A stretch of DNA of 64,000 bases from Auanema rhodensis (Eukaryota; Animalia; Nematoda), in contig OZ059897.1 in the NCBI GenBank assembly GCA_964057225.1, positions 2,790,001 through 2,854,000 on the forward strand, in the 5' to 3' direction. Positions within the stretch are counted from its first letter, which is position 1. Each line of letters begins with the position of its first letter. Shown in pieces: positions 31,401 to 46,400 of the stretch. A program made the position numbers and the translations under genes. The notes under the pieces are model-generated. The model was not told where the DNA came from. It saw only the letters and a list, made by a program, of their open reading frames with translations, and did no database searches.

Positions 31401-34400
31401 ATGTAGTATAGTGCATTCGATGCGGATTTTTAAGCTGCGTTGATCTGTGTTATCAGATTTGAGTTAACTTAAAAATGCACCGAGATATCAACTGATATAG
31501 GTTCACACTTATATCCTCGATTTTCACCCTGAAGAAATGATTTTTTCGTTGAAAAACATTGTCCATCGTATTTGTCTTAAAAAAAGGAATCTAAAAACAT
31601 CTACTTTTTGTGAAATTATCTAGAAATTTTTCGGGAAAATTTTTGTCAAAATGTTTTTGGAAGCAATGTTGAGTGTACATGGGAACTCAACATACACTAA
31701 TGTATTATTTTTCAAACGATCATAACTAATTTTTGTATGGAGCGTTTCTCAATGTAGTATAGTGCATTCGATGCGGATTTTTAAGCTGCGTTGATCTGTG
31801 TTATCAGATTTGCGCTAGCTTAAAAATGCACCGAGTAATCAACTGATATAGGTTCACACTTATATCCTCGATTTTCACCCTGAAGAATTAAATTTTTCGT
31901 TGAATAACATTGTCCATCGTCTTTGCCTTAAAAAAAGAAATCTAAAAACTCCTACTTTTTGTGAAATTATTTAGAAATTTTTCGGGAAAATTTTTGTCAC
32001 AATGTTTTTGGAAGCAATGTTGAGTGTACATGGGAACTCAGCATACACTAATGCATTATTTTTCAAACGATCATAACTAATTTTTGTATAGAGCGTTTCT
32101 CAATGTAGTATAGTGCATTCGATGCGGATTTTTAAGCTGCGTTGATCTGTGTGATCAGATTTGAGTTAACTTAAAAATGCACCGAGATATCAACTGATAT
32201 AGGTTCACACTTATATCCTCGATTTTCACCCTGAAGAAATGATTTTTTCGTTAAAAAATATTGTCCATCGTATTCGTATTGAAAAAAGGAATCTAAAAAC
32301 ATCTACTTTTTGTGAAATTATTTAGAAATTTTTCGGGAAAATTTTTGTTAAAATGTTTTTGGAAGCAATGTTGAGTGTACATGGGAACTCAACATACACT
32401 AATGCATTATTTTTCAAACGATCATAACTAATTTTTGTATAGAGCGTTTCTCATTGTAGTATAGTGCATTCGATGCGGATTTTTAAGCTTCGTCGATCTG
32501 TGTTATCAGATTTGCGCTAGCTTAAAAATGCTCCGAGATATCAACTTATATAAGTTCACACTTATATCCTCAATTTTCACCCTGAAGAAATGATTTTTTC
32601 GTTGAATAACATTGTCCATCGTCTTCGTCTTGAAAAAAGGAATCTAAAAACATCTACTTTTTGTGAAATTATTTAGAAATTTTTCGGGAAAATTTTTGTC
32701 ACAATGTTTTTGGAAGCAATGTTGAGTGTACATGGGAACTCAGCATACACTAATGCATTATTTTTCAAACGATCATAACTAATTTTTGTATAGAGCGTTT
32801 CTCAATGTAGTATAGTGCATTCGATGCGGATTTTTAAGCTGCGTTGATCTGTGTTATCAAATTTGAGTTAGCTTAAAAATGCACCGAGATATCAACTGAT
32901 ATATGTTCACACTTATATCCTCAATTTTCACCCTGAAGAAATGATTTTTTCGTTGAATAACATTGTCCATCGTCTTCGTCTTGAAAAAAGGAATCTAAAA
33001 ACATCTACTTTTTGTGAAATTATTTAGAAATTTTTTGGGAAAATTTTTGTCAAAATGTTTTTGGAAGCAATGTTGAGTGTACATGGGAACTCACCATACA
33101 CTAATGCATTATTTTTCAAACGATCATAACTAATTTTTGTATAGAGCGTTTCTCAATGTAGTATAGTGCATTCGATGCGGATTTTTAAGCTGCGTTGATC
33201 TGTGTTATCAGATTTGAGTTAACTTAAAAATGCACCGAGATATCAACTGATATATGTTCACACTTATATCCTCGATTTTCACCCTGAAGAAATGATTTTT
33301 TCGTTGAAAAACATTGTCCATCGTATTCGTCTTGAAAAAAGGAATTTAAAAACATCTACTTTTTGTGAAATTATTCAGAAATTTTTCGGGAAAATTTTTG
33401 TCAAAATGTTTTTGGAAGCAATGTTGAGTGTACATGGGAACTCAACATACACTAATGCATTATTTTTCAAACGATTATAACTAATTTTTGTATAGAGCGT
33501 TTCTCATTGTGGTATAGTGCATTCGATGCGGATTTTTAAGCTGCGTTGATCTGTGTTATCAGATTTGAGTTAACTTAAAAATGCACCGAGATATCAACTG
33601 ATATAGGTTCACACTTATATCCTCGATTTTCACCCTGAAGAAATGATTTTTTCGTTAAAAAATATTGTCCATCGTATTCGTCTTGAAAAAAGGAATCTAA
33701 AAACATCTACTTTTTGTGAAATTATTCAGAAATTTTTCGGGAAAATTTTTGTCAAAATGTTTTTGGAAGCAATGTTGAGTGTACATGGGAACTCAACATA
33801 CACTAATGTATTATTTTTCAAACGATCATAACTAATTTTTGTATAGAGCGTTTCTCAATGTAGTATAGTGCATTCGATGCGGATTTTTAAGCTGCGTTGA
33901 TCTGTGTTATCAGATTTGAGTTAACTTAAAAATGCACCGAGATATCAACTGATATATGTTCACACTTATATCCTCGATTTTCACCCTGAAGAAATGATTT
34001 TTTCGTTGAAAAACATTGTCCATCGTATTCGTCTTGAAAAAAGGAATCTAAAAACATCTACTTTTTGTGAAATTATTTAGAAATTTTTCGGGAAAACTTT
34101 TGTTAAAATGTTTTTGGAAGCAATGTTGAGTGTACATGGGAACTCAACATACACTAATGCATTATTTTTCAAACGATCATAACTAATTTTTGTATAGAGC
34201 GTTTCTCATTGTAGTATAGTGCATTCGATGCGGATTTTTAAGCTGCGTTGATCTGTGTTATCAGATTTGAGTTAGCTTAAAAATGCACCGAGTAATCAAC
34301 TGATATAGGTTCACACTTATATCCTCGATTTTCACCCTGAAGAATTAAATTTTTCGTTGAATAACATTGTCCATCGTCTTTGCCTTAAAAAAAGAAATCT

Positions 34401-37400
34401 AAAAACTCCTGCTTTTTGTGAAAATCTTTAGAAATTTTTCGGGAAAATTTTTGTCACAATGTTTTTGGAAGCAATGTTGAGTGTACAAGGGAACTCAGCA
34501 TACACTAATGCATTATTTTTCAAACGATCATAACTAATTTTTGTATAGAGCGTTTCTCAATGTAGTATAGTGCATTCGATGCGGATTTTTAAGCTGCGTT
34601 GATCTGTGTTATCAGATTTGAGTTAGCTTAAAAATGCACCGAGATATCAACTGATATATGTTCACACTTATATCCTCAATTTTCACCCTGAAGAAATGAT
34701 TTTTTCGTTGAATAACATTGTCCATCGTCTTCGTCTTGAAAAAAGGAAACTAAAAACATCTACTTTTTGTGAAATTATTTAGAAATTTTTCGGGAAAATT
34801 TTTGTCAAAATGTTTTTGGAAGCAATGTTGAGTGTACATGGAAACTCAACATACACTAATGCATTATTTTTCAAACGATCATAACTAATTTTTGTATAGA
34901 GCGTTTCTCAATGTCGTATAGTGCATTCGATGCGAATTTTTAAGCTGCGTTGATCTGTGTTATCTGATTTGAGTTAACTTAAAAATGCACCGAGATATCA
35001 ACTGATATATGTTCACACTTATATCCTCGATTTTCACCCTGAAGAAATGATTTTTTCGTTGAAAAACATTGTCCATCGTATTCGTCTTGAAAAAAGGAAT
35101 CTAAAAACATCTACTTTTTGTGAAATTATTTAGAAATTTTTCGGGAAAATTTTTGTCAAAATGTTTTTGGAAGCAATGTTGAGTGTACATGGGAACTCAA
35201 CATACACTAATGCATTATTTTTCAAACGATCATAACTAATTTTTGTATAGAGCGTTTCTCATTGTAGTATAGTGCATTCGATGCGGATTTTTAAGCTGCG
35301 TTGATCTGTGTTATCAGATTTGAGTTAGCTTAAAAATGCACCGAGTAATCAACTGATATAGGTTCACACTTATATCCTCGATTTTCACCCTGAAGAATTA
35401 AATTTTTCGTTGAATAACATTGTCCATCGTCTTTGCCTTAAAAAAAGAAATCTAAAAACTCCTACTTTTTGTGAAATTATTTAGAAATTTTTCGGGAAAA
35501 TTTTTGTCACAATGTTTTTGGAAGCAATGTTGAGTGTACATGGGAACTCAGCATACACTAATGCATTATTTTTCAAACGATCATAACTAATTTTTGTATA
35601 GAGCGTTTCTCAATGTAGTATAGTGCATTCGATGCGGATTTTTAAGCTGCGTTGATCTGTGTTATCAGATTTGAGTTAGCTTAAAAATGCACCGAGATAT
35701 CAACTGATATATGTTCACACTTATATCCTCAATTTTCACCCTGAAGAAATGATTTTTTCGTTGAATAACATTGTCCATCGTCTTCGTCTTGAAAAAAGGA
35801 AACTAAAAACATCTACTTTTTGTGAAATTATTTAGAAATTTTTCGGGAAAATTTTTGTCAAAATGTTTTTGGAAGCAATGTTGAGTGTACATGGAAACTC
35901 AACATACACTAATGCATTATTTTTCAAACGATCATAACTAATTTTTGTATAGAGCGTTTCTCAATGTCGTATAGTGCATTCGATGCGAATTTTTAAGCTG
36001 CGTTGATCTGTGTTATCTGATTTGAGTTAACTTAAAAATGCACCGAGATATCAACTGATATATGTTCACACTTATATCCTCGATTTTCACCCTGAAGAAA
36101 TGATTTTTTCGTTGAAAAACATTGTCCATCGTATTCGTCTTGAAAAAAGGAATCTAAAAACATCTACTTTTTGTGAAATTATTTAGAAATTTTTCGGGAA
36201 AATTTTGTCAAAATGTTTTTGGAAGCAATGTTGAGTGTACATGGGAACTCAACATACACTAATGCATTATTTTTCAAACGATCATAACTAATTTTTGTAT
36301 AGAGCGTTTCTCAATGTAGTATAGTGCATTCGATGCGGATTTTTAAGCTGCGTTGATCTGTGTTATCAGATTTGAGTTAACTTAAAAATGCACCGAGATA
36401 TCAACTGATATATGTTCACACTTGTATCCTCGATTTTCACCCTGAAGAAATGATTTTTTCGTTGAAAAACATTGTCCATCGTATTTGTCTTGAAAAAAGG
36501 AATCTAAAAACATCTACTTTTTGTGAAATTATTCAGAAATTTTTCGGGAAAATTTTTGTCAAAATGTTTTTGGAAGCAATGTTGAGTGTACATGGGAACT
36601 CAACATACACTAATGCATTATTTTTCAAACGATCATAACTAATTTTTGTATAGAGCGTTTCTCAATGTAGTATAGTGCATTCGATGCGGATTTTTAAGCT
36701 GCGTTGATCTGTGTTATCAGATTTGAGTTAACTTAAAAATGCACCGAGATATCAACTGATATAGGTTCACACTTATATCCTCGATTTTCACCCTGAAGAA
36801 ATGATTTTTTCGTTGAATAACATTGTCCATCGTCTTTGCCTTAAAAAAAGAAATCTAAAAACTCCTACTTTTTGTGAAATTATTTAGAAATTTTTCGGGA
36901 AAATTTTTGTCACAATGTTTTTGGAAGCAATGTTGAGTGTACATGGGAACTCAGCATACACTAATGCATTATTTTTCAAACGATCATAACTAATTTTTGT
37001 ATAGAGCGTTTCTCAATGTAGTATAGTGCATTCGATGCGGATTTTTAAGCTGCGTTGATCTGTGTTATCAGATTTGAGTTAACTTAAAAATGCACCGAGA
37101 TATCAACTGATATATGTTCACACTTATATCCTCGATTTTCACCCTGAAGAAATGATTTTTTCGTTGAAAAACATTGTCCATCGTATTCGTCTTGAAAAAA
37201 GGAATTTAAAAACATCTACTTTTTGTGAAATTATTCAGAAATTTTTCGGGAAAATTTTTGTCAAAATGTTTTTGGAAGCAATGTTGAGTGTACATGGGAA
37301 CTCAGCATACACTAATGCATTATTTTTCAAACGATCATAACTAATTTTTGTATAGAGCGTTTCTCATTGTAGTATAGTGCATTCGATGCGGATTTTTAAG

Positions 37401-40400
37401 CTGCGTTGATCTGTGTTATCAGATTTGAGTTAACTTAAAAATGCACCGAGATATCAACTGATATAGGTTCACACTTATATCCTCGATTTTCACCCTGAAG
37501 AAATGATTTTTTCGTTAAAAAATATTGTCCATCGTATTCGTCTTGAAAAAAGGAATCTAAAAACATCTACTTTTTGTGAAATTATTTAGAAATTTTTCGG
37601 GAAAATTTTTGTCAAAATGTTTTTGGAAGCAATGTTGAGTGTACATGGAAACTCAACATACACTAATGCATTATTTTTCAAACGATCATAACTAATTTTT
37701 GTATAGAGCGTTTTTCAATGTCGTATAGTGCATTCGATGCGAATTTTTAAGCTGCGTTGATCTGTGTTATCTGATTTGAGTTAACTTAAAAATGCACCGA
37801 GATATCAACTGATATATGTTCACACTTATATCCTCGATTTTCACCCTGAAGAAATGATTTTTTCGTTGAAAAACATTGTCCATCGTATTCGTCTTGAAAA
37901 AAGGAATCTAAAAACATCTACTTTTTGTAAAATTATTTAGAAATTTTTCGGGAAAATTTTTGTTAAAATGTTTTTGGAAGCAATGTTGAGTGTACATGGG
38001 AACTCAACATACACTAATGCATTATTTTTCAAACGATCATAACTAATTTTTGTATAGAGCGTTTCTTATTGTAGTATAGTGCATTCGATGCGGATTTTTA
38101 AGCTGCGTTGATCTGTGTTATCAGATTTGAGTTAACTTAAAAATGCACCGAGATATCAACTGATATAGGTTCACACTTATATCCTCGATTTTCACCCTGA
38201 AGAAATGATTTTTTCGTTAAAAAACATTGTCCATCGTATTCGTCTTGAAAAAAGGAATCTAAAAACATCTACGTTTTGTGAAATTATTTAGAAATTTTTT
38301 GGGAAAATTTTTGTCAAAATGTTTTTGGAAGCAATGTTGAGTGTACATGGGAACTCAACATACACTAATGCATTATTTTTCAAACGTTCATAACTAATTT
38401 TTGTATAGAGCGTTTCTCAATGTAGTATAGTGCATTCGATGCGGATTTTTAAGCTGCGTTGATCTGTGTTATCAGATTTGAGTTAACTTAAAAATGCACC
38501 GAGATATCAACTGATATATGTTCACACTTATATCCTCGATTTTCACCCTGAAGAAATGATTTTTTCGTTGAAAAACATTGTCCATCGTATTCGTCTTGAA
38601 AAAAGGAATCTTAAAACATCTACTTTTTGTGAAATTATTTAGAAATTTTTCGGGAAAATTTTTGTCAAAATGTTTTTGGAAGCAATGTTGAGTGTACATG
38701 GGAACTCAACATACACTAATGCATTATTTTTCAAACGATCATAACTAATTTTTGTATGGAGCGTTTCTCAATGTAGTATAGTGCATTCGATGCGGATTTT
38801 TAAGCTGCGTTGATCTGTCTTATCAGATTTGAGTTAGCTTAAAAATGCACCGAGATATCAACTGATATATGTTCACACTTATATCCTCGATTTTCACCCT
38901 GAAGAAATGATTTTTTCGTTGAATAACATTGTCCATCGTCTTCGTCTTGAAAAAAGGAATCTAAAAACATCTACTTTTTGTGAAATTATTTAGAAATTTT
39001 TCGGGAAAATTTTTGTTAAAATGTTTTTGGAAGCAATGTTGAGTGTACATGGAAACTCAACATACACTAATGCATTATTTTTCAAACGATCATAACTAAT
39101 TTTTGTATAGAGCGTTTCTCAATGTCGTATAGTGCATTCGATGCGAATTTTTAAGCTGCGTTGATCTGTGTTATCTGATTTGAGTTAACTTAAAAATGCA
39201 CCGAGATATCAACTGATATATGTTCACACTTATATCCTCGATTTTCACCCTGAAGAAATGATTTTTTCGTTGAAAAACATTGTCCATCGTATTCGTCTTG
39301 AAAAAAGGAATCTAAAAACATCTACTTTTTGTGAAATTATTTAGAAATTTTTCGGGAAAATTTTTGTCAAAATGTTTTTGGAAGCAATGTTGAGTGTACA
39401 TGGGAACTCAACATACACTAATGCATTATTTTTCAAACGATCATAACTAATTTTTGTATAGAGCGTTTCTCATTGTAGTATAGTGCATTCGATGCGGATT
39501 TTTAAGCTGCGTTGATCTGTGTTATCAGATTTGAGTTAGCTTAAAAATGCACCGAGTAATCAACTGATATAGGTTCACACTTATATCCTCGATTTTCACC
39601 CTGAAGAATTAAATTTTTCGTTGAATAACATTGTCCATCGTCTTTGCCTTAAAAAAAGAAATCTAAAAACTCCTACTTTTTGTGAAATTATTTAGAAATT
39701 TTTCGGGAAAATTTTTGTCACAATGTTTTTGGAAGCAATGTTGAGTGTACATGGGAACTCAACATACACTAATGCATTATTTTTCAAACGATCATAACTA
39801 ATTTTTGTATGGAGCGTTTCTCAATGTAGTATAGTGCATTCGATGCGGATTTTTAAGCTGCGTTGATCTGTCTTATCAGATTTGAGTTAGCTTAAAAATG
39901 CACCGAGATATCAACTGATATATGTTCACACTTATATCCTCGATTTTCACCCTGAAGAAATGATTTTTTCGTTAAAAAACATTGTCCATCGTATTCGTCT
40001 TGAAAAAAGGAATCTAAAAACATCTACGTTTTGTGAAATTATTTAGAAATTTTTCGGGAAAATTTTTGTTAAAATGTTTTTGGAAGCAATGTTGAGTGTA
40101 CATGGGAACTCAACATACACTAATGCATTATTTTTCAAACGATCATAACTAATTTTTGTATAGAGCGTTTCTCATTGTAGTATAGTGCATTCGATGCGGA
40201 TTTTTAAGCTGCGTTGATCTGTGTTATCAGATTTGAGTTAACTTAAAAATGCACCGAGATATCAACTGATATAGGTTCACACTTATATCCTCGATTTTCA
40301 CCCTGAAGAAATGATTTTTTCGTTAAAAAACATTGTCCATCGTATTCGTCTTGAAAAAAGGAATCTAAAAACATCTACGTTTTGTGAAATTATTTAGAAA

Positions 40401-43400
40401 TTTTTTGGGAAAATTTTTGTCAAAATGTTTTTGGAAGCAATGTTGAGTGTACATGGGAACTCAACATACACTAATGCATTATTTTTCAAACGTTCATAAC
40501 TAATTTTTGTATAGAGCGTTTCTCAATGTAGTATAGTGCATTCGATGCGGATTTTTAAGCTGCGTTGATCTGTGTTATCAGATTTGAGTTAACTTAAAAA
40601 TGCACCGAGATATCAACTGATATAGGTTCACACTTATATCCTCGATTTTCACCCTGAAGAAATGATTTTTTCGTTAAAAAATATTGTCCATCGTATTCGT
40701 CTTGAAAAAAGGAATCTAAAAACATCTACTTTTTGTGAAATTATTTAGAAATTTTTCGGGAAAATTTTTGTCAAAATGTTTTTGGAAGCAATGTTGAGTG
40801 TACATGGGAACTCAACATACACTAATGCATTATTTTTCAAACGATCATAACTAATTTTTGTATAGAGCGTTTCTCAATGTAGTATAGTGCATTCGATGCG
40901 GATTTTTAAGCTGCGTTGATCTGTGTTATCAGATTTGAGTTAACTTAAAAATGCACCGAGATATCAACTGATATATGTTCACACTTATATCCTCGATTTT
41001 CACCCTGAAGAAATGATTTTTTCGTTGAAAAACATTGTCCATCGTATTCGTCTTGAAAAAAGGAATCTAAAAACATCTACTTTTTGTGAAATTATTTAGA
41101 AATTTTTCGGGAAAATTTTTGTTAAAATGTTTTTGGAAGCAATGTTGAGTGTACATGGGAACTCAACATACACTAATGCATTATTTTTCAAACAATCATA
41201 ACTAATTTTTGTATAGAGCGTTTCTCATTGTAGTATAGTGCATTCGATGCGGATTTTTAAGCTGCGTTGATCTGTGTTATCAGATTTGAGTTAACTTAAA
41301 AATGCACCGAGATATCAACTGATATAGGTTCACACTTATATCCTCGATTTTCACCCTGAAGAAATGATTTTTTCGTTAAAAAACATTGTCCATCGTCTTC
41401 GTCTTGAAAAAAGGAATCTAAAAACATCTACTTTTTGTGAAATTATTTAGAAATTTTTCGGGAAAATTTTTGTTAAAATGTTTTTGGAAGCAATGTTGAG
41501 TGTACATGGGAACTCAACATACACTAATGCATTATTTTTCAAACGATCATAACTAATTTTTGTATAGAGCGTTTCTCATTGTAGTATAGTGCATTCGATG
41601 CGGATTTTTAAGCTGCGTTGATCTGTGTTATCAGATTTGAGTTAGCTTAAAAATGCACCGAGATATCAACTGATATATGTTCACACTTATATCCTCAATT
41701 TTCACCCTGAAGAAATGATTTTTTCGTTGAATAACATTGTCCATCGTCTTCGTCTTGAAAAAAGGAAACTAAAAACATCTACTTTTTGTGAAATTATTTA
41801 GAAATTTTTCGGGAAAATTTTTGTCAAAATGTTTTTGGAAGCAATGTTGAGTGTACATGGAAACTCAACATACACTAATGCATTATTTTTCAAACGATCA
41901 TAACTAATTTTTGTATAGAGCGTTACTCAATGTCGTATAGTGCATTCGATGCGAATTTTTAAGCTGCGTTGATCTGTGTTATCTGATTTGAGTTAACTTA
42001 AAAATGCACCGAGATATCAACTGATATATGTTCACACTTATATCCTCGATTTTCACCCTGAAGAAATGATTTTTTCGTTGAAAAACATTGTCCATCGTAT
42101 TCGTCTTGAAAAAAGGAATCTAAAAACATCTACTTTTTGTGAAATTATTTAGAAATTTTTCGGGAAAATTTTTGTCAAAATGTTTTTGGAAGCAATGTTG
42201 AGTGTACATGGGAACTCAACATACACTAATGCATTATTTTTCAAACGATCATAACTAATTTTTGTATAGAGCGTTTCTCATTGTAGTATAGTGCATTCGA
42301 TGCGGATTTTTAAGCTGCGTTGATCTGTGTTATCAGATTTGAGTTAGCTTAAAAATGCACCGAGTAATCAACTGATATAGGTTCACACTTATATCCTCGA
42401 TTTTCACCCTGAAGAAATGATTTTTTCGTTGAAAAACATTGTCCATCGTATTCGTCTTGAAAAAAGGAATCTAAAAACATCTACTTTTTGTGAAATTATT
42501 TAGAAATTTTTCGGGAAAATTTTTGTCAAAATGTTTTTGGAAGCAATGTTGAGTGTACATGGGAACTCAACATACACTAATGCATTATTTTTCAAACGAT
42601 CATAACTAATTTTTGTATAGAGCGTTTCTCATTGTAGTATAGTGCATTCGATGCGGATTTTTAAGCTGCGTTGATCTGTGTTATCAGATTTGAGTTAGCT
42701 TAAAAATGCACCGAGTAATCAACTGATATAGGTTCACACTTATATCCTCGATTTTCACCCTGAAGAATTAAATTTTTCGTTGAATAACATTGTCCATCGT
42801 CTTTGCCTTAAAAAAAGAAATCTAAAAACTCCTACTTTTTGTGAAATTATTTAGAAATTTTTCGGGAAAATTTTTGTCACAATGTTTTTGGAAGCAATGT
42901 TGAGTGTACATGGGAACTCAGCATACACTAATGCATTATTTTTCAAACGATCATAACTAATTTTTGTATAGAGCGTTTCTCAATGTAGTATAGTGCATTC
43001 GATGCGGATTTTTAAGCTGCGTTGATCTGTGTTATCAGATTTGAGTTAGCTTAAAAATGCACCGAGATATCAACTGATATATGTTCACACTTATATCCTC
43101 AATTTTCACCCTGAAGAAATGATTTTTTCGTTGAATAACATTGTCCATCGTCTTCGTCTTGAAAAAAGGAAACTAAAAACATCTACTTTTTGTGAAATTA
43201 TTTAGAAATTTTTCGGGAAAATTTTTGTCAAAATGTTTTTGGAAGCAATGTTGAGTGTACATGAAAACTCAACATACACTAATGCATTATTTTTCAAACG
43301 ATCATAACTAATTTTTGTATAGAGCGTTTCTCAATGTCGTATAGTGCATTCGATGCGAATTTTTAAGCTGCGTTGATCTGTGTTATCTGATTTGAGTTAA

Positions 43401-46400
43401 CTTAAAAATGCACCGAGATATCAACTGATATATGTTCACACTTATATCCTCGATTTTCACCCTGAAGAAATGATTTTTTCGTTGAAAAACATTGTCCATC
43501 GTATTCGTCTTGAAAAAAGGAATCTAAAAACATCTACTTTTTGTGAAATTATTTAGAAATTTTTCGGGAAAATTTTGTCAAAATGTTTTTGGAAGCAATG
43601 TTGAGTGTACATGGGAACTCAACATACACTAATGCATTATTTTTCAAACGATCATAACTAATTTTTGTATAGAGCGTTTCTCATTGTAGTATAGTGCATT
43701 CGATGCGGATTTTCAAGCTGCGTTGATCTGTGTTATCAGATTTGAGTTAGCTTAAAAATGCACCGAGATATCAACTGATATAGGTTCACACTTGTATCCT
43801 CGATTTTCACCCTGAAGAAATGATTTTTTCGTTGAAAAACATTGTCCATCGTATTTGTCTTGAAAAAAGGAATCTAAAAACATCTACTTTTTGTGAAATT
43901 ATTTAGAAATTTTTCGGGAAAATTTTTGTCAAAATGTTTTTGGAAGCAATGTTGAGTGTACATGGGAACTCAGCATACACTAATGCATTATTTTTCAAAC
44001 GATCATAACTAATTTTTGTATAGAGCGTTTCTCAATGTAGTATAGTGCATTCGATGCGGATTTTTAAGCTGCGTTGATCTGTGTTATCAGATTTGAGTTA
44101 ACTTAAAAATGCACCGAGATATCAACTGATATATGTTCACACTTATATCCTCGATTTTCACCCTGAAGAAATGATTTTTTCGTTGAAAAACATTGTCCAT
44201 CGTATTCGTCTTGAGAAAAGGAATTTAAAAACATCTACTTTTTGTGAAATTATTCAGAAATTTTTCGGGAAAATTTTTGTCAAAATGTTTTTGGAAGCAA
44301 TGTTGAGTGTACATGGGAACTCAACATACACTAATGCATTATTTTTCAAACGATCATAACTAATTTTTGTATAGAGCGTTTCTCATTGTAGTATAGTGCA
44401 TTCGATGCGGATTTTTAAGCTGCGTTGATCTGTGTTATCAGATTTGAGTTAACTTAAAAATGCACCGAGATATCAACTGATATAGGTTCACACTTATATC
44501 CTCGATTTTCACCCTGAAGAAATGATTTTTTCGTTAAAAAATATTGTCCATCGTATTCGTCTTGAAAAAAGGAATCTAAAAACATCTACTTTTTGTGAAA
44601 TTATTTAGAAATTTTTCGGGAAAATTTTTGTCAAAATGTTTTTGGAAGCAATGTTGAGTGTACATGGGAACTCAACATACACTAATGCATTATTTTTCAA
44701 ACGATCATAACTAATTTTTGTATAGAGCGTTTCTCAATGTAGTATAGTGCATTCGATGCGGATTTTTAAGCTGCGTTGTACTGTGTTATCAGATTTGAGT
44801 TAACTTAAAAATGCACCGAGATATCAACTGATATATGTTCACACTTATATCCTCGATTTTCACCCTGAAGAAATGATTTTTTCGTTGAAAAACATTGTCC
44901 ATCGTATTCGTCTTGAAAAAAGGAATCTAAAAACATCTACTTTTTGTGAAATTATTTAGAAATTTTTCGGGAAAATTTTTGTTAAAATGTTTTTGGAAGC
45001 AATGTTGAGTGTACATGGGAACTCAACATACACTAATGCATTATTTTTCAAACGATCATAACTAATTTTTGTATAGAGCGTTTCTCATTGTAGTATAGTG
45101 CATTCGATGCGGATTTTTAAGCTGCGTTGATCTGTGTTATCAGATTTGAGTTAGCTTAAAAATGCACCGAGATATCAACTGATATATGTTCACACTTATA
45201 TCCTCAATTTTCACCCTGAAGAAATGATTTTTTCGTTAAAAAACATTGTCCATCGTATTCGTCTTGAAAAAAGGAATCTAAAAACATCTACGTTTTGTGA
45301 AATTATTTAGAAATTTTTTGGGAAAATTTTTGTCAAAATGTTTTTGGAAGCAATGTTGAGTGTACATGGGAACTCAACATACACTAATGCATTATTTTTC
45401 AAACGTTCATAACTAATTTTTGTATAGAGCGTTTCTCAATGTAGTATAGTGCATTCGATGCGGATTTTTAAGCTGCGTTGATCTGTGTTATCAGATTTGA
45501 GTTAACTTAAAAATGCACCGAGATATCAACTGATATAGGTTCACACTTATATCCTCGATTTTCACCCTGAAGAAATGATTTTTTCGTTAAAAAATATTGT
45601 CCATCGTATTCGTCTTGAAAAAAGGAATCTAAAAACATCTACTTTTTGTGAAATTATTTAGAAATTTTTCGGGAAAATTTTTGTCAAAATGTTTTTGGAA
45701 GCAATGTTGAGTGTACATGGGAACTCAACATACACTAATGCATTATTTTTCAAACGATCATAACTAATTTTTGTATAGAGCGTTTCTCAATGTAGTATAG
45801 TGCATTCGATGCGGATTTTTAAGCTGCGTTGTACTGTGTTATCAGATTTGAGTTAACTTAAAAATGCACCGAGATATCAACTGATATATGTTCACACTTA
45901 TATCCTCGATTTTCACCCTGAAGAAATGATTTTTTCGTTGAAAAACATTGTCCATCGTATTCGTCTTGAAAAAAGGAATCTAAAAACATCTACTTTTTGT
46001 GAAATTATTTAGAAATTTTTCGGGAAAATTTTTGTTAAAATGTTTTTGGAAGCAATGTTGAGTGTACATGGGAACTCAACATACACTAATGCATTATTTT
46101 TCAAACGATCATAACTAATTTTTGTATAGAGCGTTTCTCATTGTAGTATAGTGCATTCGATGCGGATTTTTAAGCTGCGTTGATCTGTGTTATCAGATTT
46201 GAGTTAGCTTAAAAATGCACCGAGATATCAACTGATATATGTTCACACTTATATCCTCAATTTTCACCCTGAAGAAATGATTTTTTCGTTAAAAAACATT
46301 GTCCATCGTATTCGTCTTGAAAAAAGGAATCTAAAAACATCTACGTTTTGTGAAATTATTTAGAAATTTTTTGGGAAAATTTTTGTCAAAATGTTTTTGG

